Program-made: the position numbers and the translations under genes
Part shown: positions 38,755-48,896 of the stretch, one piece after another
Numbering within the stretch: position 1 is the first letter of the stretch
How the letters are laid out: each line of letters starts with the position of its first letter
The notes under the pieces: model-generated
The model's database searches: none
Seen by the model: only the letters and a program-made list of their open reading frames with translations
What the model was told of the DNA's origin: nothing
Source: Negativicutes bacterium
Lineage (GTDB): Bacteria; Bacillota; Negativicutes; UBA1444
Assembly: GCA_963665275.2 (NCBI GenBank)
Contig: CAXXIN010000013.1
Span: 32,001 to 96,000 of the forward strand
Direction: 5' to 3'
DNA: 64,000 nt

Positions 38755-38780
38755 TTGCTGCAACATGAGCGCCATTTGTA
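38755..38780. promoter_or_regulatory. Candidate operator, copy 2
   Basis: TTGCTGCAACATGAGCGCCATTTGTA, in the same orientation as copy 1 relative to its gene. Confidence 0.55.
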
Positions 38781-38830
38781 ATCAACGGGGTGCGTATTTT
38801 ACGCCTATCAATTTGTTAAGAATCAAGTTC

Positions 38831-39367
38831 CTACGCATTGTCCCGCACGAGCTGGAACCCGATCTCAATCGCCTGTTTGTTCTTGGCTTCGGTTCCCTTG
38901 GGTACCCGTGCCAGCACTGCCGCGACCAGAGAATCCTGGCTCACGGTCTGCGTCAGCCCCACGATCGCACCGAGGGCGATGATGTTGGCGAACATGTCCT
39001 TACCCAGTTCATCCCGCGCCGCCTTCGTGATCGGCAGCGCCACGATCTTCGCCTTGGTCTCGCTCAGTTCCCGCACGAAGGTGGAGTCCACGACCAAGCT
39101 GGCCTCGCCGCCGACGCTGTTCCCGTATTTGTTGAAGGATTCCTGGCTCATCGCCAAGAGGATGTCTGCTTTCAGTACTTTCGGGTAGTCGATGGTCTCA
39201 TCCGAGATGATGACTTCCGCCCGGCTTGCGCCGCCTCTGGCTTCCGGTCCGTAGGACTGGGTCTGGATGGCCTGTTTGCCGTCGAGCACGGCGGCTTCGG
39301 CAAGGATGATCCCGGCCAGGATCAGGCCCTGGCCGCCGGTGCCTGTGAGTACGATCTGTTTCATCAT
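38831..39367 (-). CDS. korC: 2-oxoacid:ferredoxin oxidoreductase gamma subunit
   Basis: GTGGQGLILAG and QSYGPEARGG; start re-set to ATG 39367. Confidence 0.9.
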   Translation of the reverse strand: MMKQIVLTGTGGQGLILAGIILAEAAVLDGKQAIQTQSYGPEARGGASRAEVIISDETIDYPKVLKADILLAMSQESFNKYGNSVGGEASLVVDSTFVRELSETKAKIVALPITKAARDELGKDMFANIIALGAIVGLTQTVSQDSLVAAVLARVPKGTEAKNKQAIEIGFQLVRDNA

Positions 39368-40191
39368 GCCTCTGCGCCTCCCTTGCCCTGGAGCCGGGCG
39401 ATCAGTTTGTCGTATTCGGCGGTGTATTCCGGCGCTTCGGATTTGTGCAGCTCGCCGATGACGAATTTGCCCACGAGTTCTTCCGGTTTCATTTTGACTG
39501 CGGCCTGGATGAATACGGCGTTGTCTTTTTGCCACTGCATCATCTGCGCCGGCGAGCCCATTTTGTTCTTGCGTCCGAACGAGGTCGGGCACTGGGTGAT
39601 GCCGTCAATGACGGAAAAGCCTTTGTTGGCGATGCCTTTGGCGATGATGTCGGTGAGCTGCATCGCATGATACGCCGTGCCCCGCGCGACGTAGGTGGCG
39701 CCGGCGGCGATCGCCAGGGCCGCGATGTCGAAGGGCCGCTCTAGGCTGCCGTAGGGGGCGGTGGTGGCCATGGTGCCGTGCGGTGACAGCGGCGAGGATT
39801 GGCCGCCGGTCATGCCGTAGATGCTGTTGTTGAAGATGATGGTAGTGAGGTCGATGTTCCGCCGGCAGGCGTGAATGAAGTGGTTGCCGCCGATGGCGGT
39901 GGCATCGCCGTCGCCGGTGATGACGATGACGTTCAGTTCCGGGTTGGCCAGTTTGATGCCGGTGGCAAAGGGCAACGCCCGGCCGTGGGCGGTATGAACG
40001 GTGTTGAAGTTCATGTAGCCTGAGGCGCGCGAGGAGCAGCCGATGCCGGAGACGATGATGGTTTTCTTCTGCTCGAGCTGCTGTTTGTCGATGGCCCGCA
40101 ATATGGCGGCGAGCAAGATGCCGTGGCCGCAGCCGGGGCACCAGATATGCGGCAGTGCGCTCTGCCGGAGATATTTTTCAAGTACGGCCAT
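39364..40191 (-). CDS. korB: 2-oxoacid:ferredoxin oxidoreductase beta (TPP) subunit
   Basis: WCPGCG, SGIGCS, HGR, GDGD and YGMTGGQ; start re-set to ATG 40191. Confidence 0.92.
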   Translation of the reverse strand: MAVLEKYLRQSALPHIWCPGCGHGILLAAILRAIDKQQLEQKKTIIVSGIGCSSRASGYMNFNTVHTAHGRALPFATGIKLANPELNVIVITGDGDATAIGGNHFIHACRRNIDLTTIIFNNSIYGMTGGQSSPLSPHGTMATTAPYGSLERPFDIAALAIAAGATYVARGTAYHAMQLTDIIAKGIANKGFSVIDGITQCPTSFGRKNKMGSPAQMMQWQKDNAVFIQAAVKMKPEELVGKFVIGELHKSEAPEYTAEYDKLIARLQGKGGAEA

Positions 40192-41327
40192 TATTTGACA
40201 CCTCCCGCTTTCAGGATCGGTTCCAGGATTTCTTCCGGTTCGAACAGTTCCCCATCGACCCGGGTGACGGATACGACTTTGTCCCGGCCGACGTAGCGTT
40301 CGATTTCGCCGACGAGCTGGCCGCAGTTGAGTTCGGGAACGATGATGGTTTTGGCGTGCTTGGTTTTTTCCATGACCATCTCCGCCGGGAACGGCCAAAT
40401 GGTGATGAGTTTCAGGAGTCCGACTTTGGCGCCCTTGGCCCTGGCTTCTTTGACGGCGGCGCTGGCGGCGCGGGAAGACCCGCCGTAGGTGAGGACGATG
40501 ACGTCGGCGCCGGCCAGGCCGTCTTCGGTGTAGAGGGTGATGTCCTTTTGCGCCCGGGTGAGTTTACTCTCGAGACGGTGCACGAGTTCGTCGGTGACTT
40601 TGCCGCCGCCTGAGGGCATGCCGGCGTAGGTGTGGACCAAGCCGGTGACATGATAATAGTAGCCGGTTCCGAACGGGGCCATCGGCGGCACGCCGTCGGC
40701 GTCGGGTTTATAGGCCTGATAGGTTTCCGGGGGGTCGGTCGGGGTCTTGCGGTTCATAACGGTAATTTCGGAGTCCTCCGGCAGTTCCACGCGCTCGCGC
40801 ATGTGGCCGATGACTTCGTCTAGCAAGAGGATGACGGGGGTGCGGTATTTTTCAGAGAAGTTGACGGAGGCTACGGCGACGTCGTAGGCTTCCCGAACGG
40901 AGCCGGGAGACAGGACGATGATGCCGTGGTCGCCATGAGTGCCCCAGCGCGACTGCATGACGTCTCCCTGCGCGGGAGAGGTCGGCAGGCCGGTGGAGGG
41001 ACCCATTCGCTGGACGTTGACGATGACGCAGGGGATTTCGGTCATGCAGCCATAGCCGATGAGTTCCTGTTTGAGGGAGAAGCCGGGACCGCTGGTGGCG
41101 GTGATGGCTTTGACGCCGGTGAGCGACGCCCCGAGGACAGCGCCCATGCTGGCGATTTCGTCTTCCATCTGGATGAATTTGCCGCCGATTTTCGGCAGTT
41201 CTTCCGCCAGGATTTCGGCGACTTCGGTGCTGGGGGTGATGGGGTATCCGGCAAAGAAGCGGACGCCGGCGGCAAGCATGCCTGCGGCGCAGGCCTGGTT
41301 GCCTTGCATCAGTCGAGCTGGACTCAT
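40191..41327 (-). CDS. korA: 2-oxoacid:ferredoxin oxidoreductase alpha subunit
   Basis: YPITPS, QMEDEIAS, TSGPGFSL and RMGPSTGLPT; start re-set to ATG 41327. Confidence 0.92.
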   Translation of the reverse strand: MSPARLMQGNQACAAGMLAAGVRFFAGYPITPSTEVAEILAEELPKIGGKFIQMEDEIASMGAVLGASLTGVKAITATSGPGFSLKQELIGYGCMTEIPCVIVNVQRMGPSTGLPTSPAQGDVMQSRWGTHGDHGIIVLSPGSVREAYDVAVASVNFSEKYRTPVILLLDEVIGHMRERVELPEDSEITVMNRKTPTDPPETYQAYKPDADGVPPMAPFGTGYYYHVTGLVHTYAGMPSGGGKVTDELVHRLESKLTRAQKDITLYTEDGLAGADVIVLTYGGSSRAASAAVKEARAKGAKVGLLKLITIWPFPAEMVMEKTKHAKTIIVPELNCGQLVGEIERYVGRDKVVSVTRVDGELFEPEEILEPILKAGGVK

Positions 41328-41530
41328 TATTTCGCCGCCTCCTTCTCTTTTTTTACGACCTGAATCGCGAAGTCCGGGCAGCGTAGTTCGCACTGGCCGC
41401 ACGAGATACAGGCTTCCGGCGCTTTTTCATACACTTTGCCCAACTCATCGAGTTCGAGCACTTGTTTCGGGCAGAACGCCACGCAGATCCCACAGCCTTT
41501 GCAGAATTTCCGGTTAATGATAACTGCCAA
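41327..41530 (-). CDS. korD: 2[4Fe-4S] ferredoxin-like delta subunit
   Basis: CKGCGICVAFCP and CISCGQCELRCPDFAI; TTG 41530 lies 7 nt after RBS GGAGG. Confidence 0.9.
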   Translation of the reverse strand: MAVIINRKFCKGCGICVAFCPKQVLELDELGKVYEKAPEACISCGQCELRCPDFAIQVVKKEKEAAK

Positions 41531-41634
41531 TTTCAAGCCTCCTATTTCAATAAAAACGTAAGGGTTGGAAGTCTCTTCTACCGTAAATCTTAATAGAAAT
41601 TTTTGTATGAGACAAAGGAATATGAACGAGGTGC

Positions 41635-41674
41635 GAAAAAAAGCACCCGAGTTGCAGATATACAACACGGGTGT
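41635..41674 (-). terminator. Intrinsic terminator after LytTR regulator
   Basis: Minus strand CACCCGTGTTGTA-TATC-TGCAACTCGGGTG-CTTTTTTT. Confidence 0.75.
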
Positions 41675-41706
41675 ACAAAGTACAAACTAAATACAAACCG
41701 ATTTTC

Positions 41707-42438
41707 TTACAGCGGCAGATACATTTTTAAGCGTGCGGCATAGACCCTACCCACCGGAATTTCCTCTTTCGACGGACTCATGATGAGCAGGTAACCGCGG
41801 TTAAACCAGTTCGCCAGCTGGCCAATCTGGTTGACATTGACAATAAAGTTGCGATGGCAACGAAAAAAATCCGCCGGGTCTAATGCCTCTTCAAGCTCAT
41901 GCAAGCGGTTGCGAATTTCATAGCGTTTTCCCGCTAAAGTGCGGATGAAAATTTGCCGATTCTCCGCCTGGAAATATTCTATCTGCGCCACATCGATGAC
42001 TTCCAGCCGATCGCCTGTTTCGGCCAGTACTTTTTTTAAAAATGGGCGGGGGGGCGTGGTCGATTTTGGGGTCAGTCGAGCCCGCAGTCTCTTTAAAACC
42101 CGCTCGATATCACTTTCATCGAAGGGCTTCAGGATATAGTCCACGGCATCTACTTGAAAGGCATCAACGGCAAAATTATTGAATGCCGTAACGAATACGA
42201 TAAAAGGTTTCCGCGGGCGGGAAGAGAGGACTCTCGCCGCATCCATGCCATTCATGACCGGCATCTGGATGTCGAGAAAGACCGCATCCACTTCCAGCTT
42301 GTCCACCAGCGCGATAGCATCTTCTCCGTTGTGACCGATGCCTACGACTTCGACTTCGCCCGAGTTCTCCAGCAGGCATTTCAACTCATCGCACAGAATC
42401 GGCTCATCATCAATCAGGATAACTTTCAATAGCCCCAT
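41707..42438 (-). CDS. LytTR family response regulator
   Basis: REC domain (IDDE, FLDIQMP, FVTAF, YILKP) plus LytTR domain (FFRCHRNFIVN). Confidence 0.95.
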   Translation of the reverse strand: MGLLKVILIDDEPILCDELKCLLENSGEVEVVGIGHNGEDAIALVDKLEVDAVFLDIQMPVMNGMDAARVLSSRPRKPFIVFVTAFNNFAVDAFQVDAVDYILKPFDESDIERVLKRLRARLTPKSTTPPRPFLKKVLAETGDRLEVIDVAQIEYFQAENRQIFIRTLAGKRYEIRNRLHELEEALDPADFFRCHRNFIVNVNQIGQLANWFNRGYLLIMSPSKEEIPVGRVYAARLKMYLPL

Positions 42439-44159
42439 GAACTCTGACCCTCCTTGCGCAGAACGGGCAGCAGGACCTTAACAACCGTGCCCTGTCCTTC
42501 CCGGCTCTCAATTTCCAGACCATATTGCGGTCCAAACGTGGCCTGAATTCGTTTGTGAACATTATTGAGTCCGATCCCAGCCCCCGTTGTCTCGCGGACG
42601 GAACTGCCGTCAAACTGCCTGATTGCCTGCAACCGCGCAGCACAGATCCCGGCGCCGTCATCCGCCACCTCGATATGAAGGAGGGTTTCCGCCTCATAGA
42701 TCCGGATCACGAGAGTTCCCCCGTCACGTTTGGAGGACAGGCCATGTTTGATCGCATTCTCAACGAGCGGCTGCAGGGAAAATACCGGCAGCAGAACGTC
42801 CGACAACCCCTCGGAAACTTCTTCCCGGAGCCGAATCCGCTCGCCGAAACGCGATTGTTCCAGCCGCACATAAGAACGGGTGATTTCCAGTTCTTCATCC
42901 AGTCGGGCCAGATCCGCGCCATGCTCAAGCGTACGGCGCAAGAAATCCGACAAATCTTTGATTCGCGCCCGCGCTTGCTCCGGTGCGGTTCTCACCAAGG
43001 CCCGGATAGTCCCCAGCGTATTAAACAGGAAATGCGGGTTCACTTGCGCCTTCAGCATGTTGTATTCCGCTTGCGCCAGCATCACCTTCTGCTCGGCTAG
43101 GGAGTGCCGGTCCAATAAGAGCCCCAGGAAGTCCGCAATCCCCTGAATAATTTCTGCTTCATACGCGGTGATGACTTCGCCTTTCGTCTTGTAGAGTTTC
43201 AGAATTCCCTGCACCTGTCCATCAACGACCAGCGGGGCTTCAATCACCGAAGTAAGCGGACACTGAGGGTCCGGGCAACCGATCTCTTCGCGGCTGTTGA
43301 AAATCATGGTCCGCCGGGCGTTAACCGCCTGGTGGGTAGCCTGCGTCAAAATTGGTGAATTCACCAGATGATGGTCCGATCCAAGCCCCACGAAACTGAG
43401 CACCATTTCATTGTTGGTAATCGCCACGGCGGCCGCTTTGGTCTCCGCCCGGATGATGCCGGCAATTTTCGCGGCAGTCTTGACGTTCAGCCCCTCGTGC
43501 AACAGTTCGGTAGTTTGCTGAATCAGGCGGATCGCCTGTTGCGCCGACTGCGCCTGGACTTTTTGCTGCTCGCGGAATACGTCCCGCACAATATAGAAAA
43601 ACAACCCCACGGCTAGGGAATTGGCGATGATGGTTGGAATGCCGATAATCGATTCCAGTTCCCATGCTTTCTCAAACGGTTTCGACAAAAGCAAAATCAA
43701 AAATTTCAGATTCAGTTCGCACACGAGAGCGGTCAATAAAGCGATTTTCAACGTCAAGCGACCGGGGCCGTATTTTTTGTAGACGAAGCCACTGATCAGC
43801 CCTGCCATGACATTGGCCAGCACCGAAGCGGTCACCGTATAGCCGCCAAGCAGATAACGGGGAATTGCGCCAATAATGCCGGCTATCACTCCGACCAAAG
43901 GTCCCCCCAACAATCCACCGGCGATCGGACCGACGATCCGGGTATTGGCCAGAGCCCCGACTACCGGAATGCCAATATAATTGCCCAGGGCTGAAAATAC
44001 GCCAAATATCAGCGCCAGTATGATTTTGTCATACAGACGGTACTGCGAGTAAGTCAGGGCCCTGCGAATAGCAGGCAGACGCGTGCTGACATAGGCGCCC
44101 ACACCAATCAGCGCAACATTGCGGGCGATATCCAGGATAAGTTCCCACTGCAATTTCAT
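42426..44159 (-). CDS. LytS/YhcK-type 5TM sensor histidine kinase
   Basis: ANTRIVG..AGGLLGGP 5TM domain, GAF, AQVNPHFLFNTL, QPLVENAIKHG and GIGLNNV. Confidence 0.95.
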   Translation of the reverse strand: MKLQWELILDIARNVALIGVGAYVSTRLPAIRRALTYSQYRLYDKIILALIFGVFSALGNYIGIPVVGALANTRIVGPIAGGLLGGPLVGVIAGIIGAIPRYLLGGYTVTASVLANVMAGLISGFVYKKYGPGRLTLKIALLTALVCELNLKFLILLLSKPFEKAWELESIIGIPTIIANSLAVGLFFYIVRDVFREQQKVQAQSAQQAIRLIQQTTELLHEGLNVKTAAKIAGIIRAETKAAAVAITNNEMVLSFVGLGSDHHLVNSPILTQATHQAVNARRTMIFNSREEIGCPDPQCPLTSVIEAPLVVDGQVQGILKLYKTKGEVITAYEAEIIQGIADFLGLLLDRHSLAEQKVMLAQAEYNMLKAQVNPHFLFNTLGTIRALVRTAPEQARARIKDLSDFLRRTLEHGADLARLDEELEITRSYVRLEQSRFGERIRLREEVSEGLSDVLLPVFSLQPLVENAIKHGLSSKRDGGTLVIRIYEAETLLHIEVADDGAGICAARLQAIRQFDGSSVRETTGAGIGLNNVHKRIQATFGPQYGLEIESREGQGTVVKVLLPVLRKEGQSSWGY

Positions 44160-44219
44160 GGTTTCCTGCGGCTCCCTCTGCTATTCCGGCGTGCCTGCCT
44201 GCGCCGTGCTTGTTTCTTG

Positions 44220-44621
44220 TTAGGTATGATTGGAATCTTTCAGTACATAGAGGCAAACCGAACTATTGGGTTCTCTGCCGGCTTGGCCGAGCCTGTAAGA
44301 GAGTTCCAGCCGCAACCGAAACTCCTCGTCCTCCGTCGCAGCGCGGAACCACTCACGCAACGTCGGTTTGGGATCAAAATTGTCCAGGATTTCGGTGTGT
44401 TCGAGGTATTCAGCCACCGATAGCGGCGCCCCGTCATCGTCGTTCTGCCGAACATGCCCGATGAATTTTTCCGGCCCGAACAGTCCCAGGAGAGGAACAT
44501 AATACCAGTGCCGAAACAAGCCCAGTCGGACGGCCACCCGGCTGTCAGAGCCGAACTCCCTGCTGAAATGGAGAATGTTGTGAATCACTTCCTGCAGAGT
44601 CTGCACCGTCCGCAACTGCAC
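44220..44621 (-). CDS. Hypothetical protein
   Basis: GTG start after AAGGAGG; fills the gap between sbcC and the kinase; WYY...FGPEKFIG segment. Confidence 0.65.
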   Translation of the reverse strand: MQLRTVQTLQEVIHNILHFSREFGSDSRVAVRLGLFRHWYYVPLLGLFGPEKFIGHVRQNDDDGAPLSVAEYLEHTEILDNFDPKPTLREWFRAATEDEEFRLRLELSYRLGQAGREPNSSVCLYVLKDSNHT

Positions 44622-44684
44622 CTCACGCGCCTCCTTGATTTCCTCTCACCTTAAAACAATTCAGCCTGTGAATCAAAAACCCTT

Positions 44685-47600
44685 TTATCCCACATGAAAT
44701 TCTGCCCGACTGCCGCGCTCGATCGGGATGATTTCCAGCCTGGCATCGATCCGTTCACGCAACTCCGGCACATGGGAGATGATTCCGACCAGTCTGCCTC
44801 CCTGCTTCAACTCTACCAGTGCGTCTATTGCCAGTTCCAGCGTTTCCGGGTCCAGCGTCCCGAACCCCTCGTCCACGAATAGCGTTTCGAGATGAATGCC
44901 GCCGGACCGGGACTGTACGACATCCGCCAGCCCGAGCGCCAGGGAAAGCGAAGCCAGGAACGTTTCACCGCCGGACAAAGTCTGCACCGGACGAGCTTCG
45001 CCGGTATAGCCGTCGAGAACTTCCAGGTCCAGCCCGGCGCCCCTCCGTTTGTCTTCCCTTTCTTCTCTGCGTCTCAGTCTGTAACGGCCCCGGGTCATTT
45101 CTTTCAGGCGCAGATTCGCATAAAGGCTGACTTCATCCAGCAAAAAGCCCAGCACATATCGTTCGAAACTGACGCCGGTAAAACGTCCGGAGGCAAGTTC
45201 GTGGAGCCCTGCATAGAGGGCATGGTTCTCCTCTGCCGCCGCCCGTTCCAAGAGTAGTTCCATGAACCGGGCGATCAGGCTCCGCGCCTGTTGCAAGCGA
45301 TCTTGAAGACGCCCTTCCTCCACCCGCAATTCCTGCTCCCTCACATTCGCTGCGGCATAAGAAGCCTCCAGCGCACTCAGGTCCGGCGCTCCCGTGATCA
45401 GACGCGCCGCCAGAACGGCCCGTTCCACCCGCTCGCGAGCCGCTGCCCTCCTCCCGTCAAAATCGCGAATTACCGCATCGAGTTCCCGGCGCACTTCGGG
45501 GCTGCGCAGGGCAGCGCTGTACTCGGCATCGCCAGGCAAGCCTGCCTCGGCGATGCGCAGGACGTTTCTCGCCCTCGGCAACTTCCCATGCCTGCTCTGC
45601 CTTGTCGACAGCGGCTTTTCGTTCATCATTCTGGGTCTGGGCCTGGGCCAACGCATTGCCGGCCGCAATCGTTTTTTGACGCGATTGTTCCAGCTGGCTC
45701 TGCATTGCGGATATATGGGCTGTAACTTGAGCAATCGCCAGCTCCAGAGCCTTGATGTCACGATATTCCTCCGGAACCGACGCCTGACGATCCCGCGCCA
45801 CCGCCTCCGCCACCTGTGCCCGGGATTCAGCGCCAGTCCGGCTCTGTTCCCTGAAGGTGCGACCTGACTTCGCCGCTTCCAATTTTTGCAGCAGCATCTG
45901 CCCTTGTTGTCGCAGCGTTTCGACTTCCACTCCCGCGCTGACAGCCTCTTGCCAGCTTTGCCGGGCCGCCTTCACGGCCAGATCCAACCGCGTCAGGTCC
46001 CACCCGGCATATTCGCCAAGTTCCTCCGACAGCGCGGCCAGCGCATGCGTCAGCCGGTCGCGCTCGGACCGGGCCGCATACTCCAGCGGTCGGGCCATAT
46101 CGGACGCTTTGCGACACTCCTCCACGAGTTGTTTCTGTCGCCGCAGCGCCGCCTGATCCGGGGCATCCCCGGACGCAACCGCCGGAGCGGGATGCTCGGT
46201 CGATCCGCATACAGGGCAGGGCCGTCCGGCAGCCAGACTGCCGGCCAATAGCGCAGCCTGCTCATTTTCCCAGTGTCCCTGCAGTATTTCCAGCCGGGAC
46301 TGCTCGTTTTCTCCATGCACGCGTCCTGCTTCCAGAGCCACTGTGGCTTCGGTCAATTTTTTTTCCGCAGCCAACAGTGCGGTTGCAGTCAGGCTGAGCT
46401 TTTCGCGGCGTTCCCACAGGCCCTGCCATTGTTTGAAAGCAGCCTCGCGTCCTCCTGTTTCGGCCGAAAGAACGGCGACCCGGGCCGCCCGGGCCTGAAG
46501 CGTTTCGCTGCTTTGCTGCAAGATTGCCAGTGCCGTCTCAGATTTTTGAAGTTCTTCTGCTGCGACTGAAGCCTCCTGCCTGCAGCGGCGGGCGACGGCG
46601 AGAGTTTCCCCGAGCGCCGCGCTCTTGCTTCTGAGATCTTCCAGCCGAGTCTTTTCCTGAATCCACCCAGCCAGTTCCGGTTCCCTTGCCTGTAGTGATT
46701 CCCATTCGCGAACTGCTGTTTCCCGTCGAAGATTCGCAGCCGCCAGTTCCGCTTGTGCTTCATGCCAATGAACGACGGAGCGTTCGCGGTCGAGTTGCCG
46801 CTCCTGGGCCACAGCAACGGATTCGCCGGCTTCGGCCGCCTGCAAAGCCCGCTGCAGTTCGAGACGTTTAGCCGACACCTCGTCCGCCGTCGATTGCAAG
46901 GTTATGAGCGCCAGTTCCGCCGAATGTCGCTCATCCAGAGCCTGACGATCCCTCTGCGCTCCTGCGAGCAGTTGCCTGGCAAGAGTAACTGCCGAAGAGG
47001 CATCGGCGATCTGCTGCTGCAAACCGACGGCTGCCTGTTCGTCCGCAGCCAGACGAACTTCCAGTTCCTCCCGTGTTTCTACCCCGGCCAGGGTCTGCAG
47101 TTCCTGCCTTTTAGCCTCCAGCTCGGCGAAGCGTTCCGCCCAGATTTTCGACTCATCCTTCAGTCGTTGTTCGACGACGCTGTAATACTCCGTCTGGAAC
47201 AGCGTCTGCATGATTTCTTGCCGCTCGCCGGAATCCGCCAGCAGCAGACGGCGAAATTCACCTTGAGGCAGCAGTACGACCTGTCTGAACTGGTCCCCCC
47301 GAAAACCTAGAATCCGTTGCACTTCAGAGGTGACCTTCTGCGTTTTTTCGGCCAGCACAGCAGTTTCTTCCCCGTCAACATTAAGGCGGAACAGTGCGGC
47401 GCTCTCCCCGATCTCCGTGAATCCCACGCCCCGTTTGCGGGCGATCTTTTGTTTCGGCGCGCGCCGGACTCGGTATAGTTCCTGCCCAACAGCAAAATCG
47501 AAGCTCACTTCCGTGACATCCGTTTCCGCCGCGTAATCGCTGCGCATATTCTCGCCGCTGCGTACTTTCCCGCTCGTTTCCCCGTAAAGCGCATAGCACA

Positions 47601-47742
47601 TCGCATCAAGCAGGGAAGTTTTCCCCGAACCGGTCGGTCCATGGATCAAAAAGAAGCGGTAAGCACCCAGTTCGGAAAAATCGATCATCTGCTGACCCGC
47701 ATAGGGTCCGAACGCTCGGATGTCCAGTTTTATCGGTCTCAT
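44685..47742 (-). pseudogene. sbcC: SbcC (SMC-like exonuclease subunit) interrupted by one frameshift near 45575 (real or sequencing error)
   Basis: N-terminal ORF has GPTGSGKT, LPQGEF and the CPVC zinc hook; C-terminal ORF has LSGGE, LFVDEGFG and ISH; removing one base gives about 1018 aa. Confidence 0.85.
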
Positions 47743-48878
47743 ACGGCATCACCGCCAGCCCGGGCCGTATCGTCCAGAAGCGCGGCCATCGTCTCCCGCT
47801 GTTTCGCACCGAGCGATTTTTGCGTCGACCACTCGGCAAACGATTCGAATAGCTCCAGACCAGACAGGGAGCGATGGTCTGGTCGAAGTCCCGTTGTAAA
47901 CTGCAAGGCTTCCTGCTGATAACGGTAAGCAATCTCCATTGTCTTCGGATAAAGGGTCCGCAAACGGTGTATCGCCTGGATCACCGGCGCTTCGTCCAAA
48001 AGGGTGATGCTCAGATAATCGTTCGGATTCTCACCGGCTTTCGGTCCCTGCATCAGCTCGCTGAACAACCCCTCAACAAGGCGCATGTCTCGGTGACCAG
48101 ACAGCGGCAGAAACTCCTGTCTGCGATTGCCGGCCTCGTCGATTTCCACCAGATAGACGCCTTTTTTGTGCGCCGCCTCGTCAAAGGAATATTTCATCAA
48201 AGAGCCGCTGTACGTCACCCGGCCCCCTTCCATCTGCTGCGGCCGGTGCAAATGTCCCATGGCCACATAGTCGAATCCGCCGAAGTGTTCGGCCGAAACC
48301 GCGCCGCTGCCTCCCACACTGAGCGGCCGCTCCGATTCTGAACACTCTCCGCCGGTCAGAAATGCATGGGCCAGCGCCACGCTTCTGCCTGATTTTCCAC
48401 CCCTGCCCGCCATCCGGCGGCTGATCGCCGCATCGGCATCCGTTACCGTAGAATCCGCCAATTCCAGGCGAACAGCAGCCGTATCCGCATACGGAAGCAG
48501 TTCGAAGCGGACCGGGCCCCAAACATCTTCCAGCGTCACCGCACTGGGAGTCACCGATGAAGCGACATGCAGCCGGTTTTTGCCGAAAAAGCGGTTGCCG
48601 AAAGCAAGTCGCGGCCCACTGTCATGATTACCGGAAATCATCAGCACCGGTATGCCGGCATCCAACACCAAGGCGCCCAGCGTCTCGTCGAGCAGTTCCA
48701 CCGCCTCGGCGGGTGGAACACTCCGGTCATAGACGTCGCCTGCGATCAGGATGGCATCCGGTTTCATATCCTTCGCCATCGCGACGAACTCACCCAAAAG
48801 AGTCGCCTGCTCTTCGGTAAGCGATTCACCGAAAAACAGGCGTCCCAAATGCCAATCCGAAGTATGGATAAATCTCAT
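47739..48878 (-). CDS. sbcD: Exonuclease SbcD
   Basis: HTSDWHLG, AGDVYD, GNHD and GHLH; ATG 48878 after GGAGG. Confidence 0.95.
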   Translation of the reverse strand: MRFIHTSDWHLGRLFFGESLTEEQATLLGEFVAMAKDMKPDAILIAGDVYDRSVPPAEAVELLDETLGALVLDAGIPVLMISGNHDSGPRLAFGNRFFGKNRLHVASSVTPSAVTLEDVWGPVRFELLPYADTAAVRLELADSTVTDADAAISRRMAGRGGKSGRSVALAHAFLTGGECSESERPLSVGGSGAVSAEHFGGFDYVAMGHLHRPQQMEGGRVTYSGSLMKYSFDEAAHKKGVYLVEIDEAGNRRQEFLPLSGHRDMRLVEGLFSELMQGPKAGENPNDYLSITLLDEAPVIQAIHRLRTLYPKTMEIAYRYQQEALQFTTGLRPDHRSLSGLELFESFAEWSTQKSLGAKQRETMAALLDDTARAGGDAV

Positions 48879-48896
48879 GCCCAAGCCTCCGCATTT

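Noticed and set aside
41660-41700. Four TACAA repeats upstream of korD, considered as a mini-array or operator
   Set aside because: Irregular spacing (13, 7 and 11 nt) and partial overlap with a terminator hairpin; too weak alone
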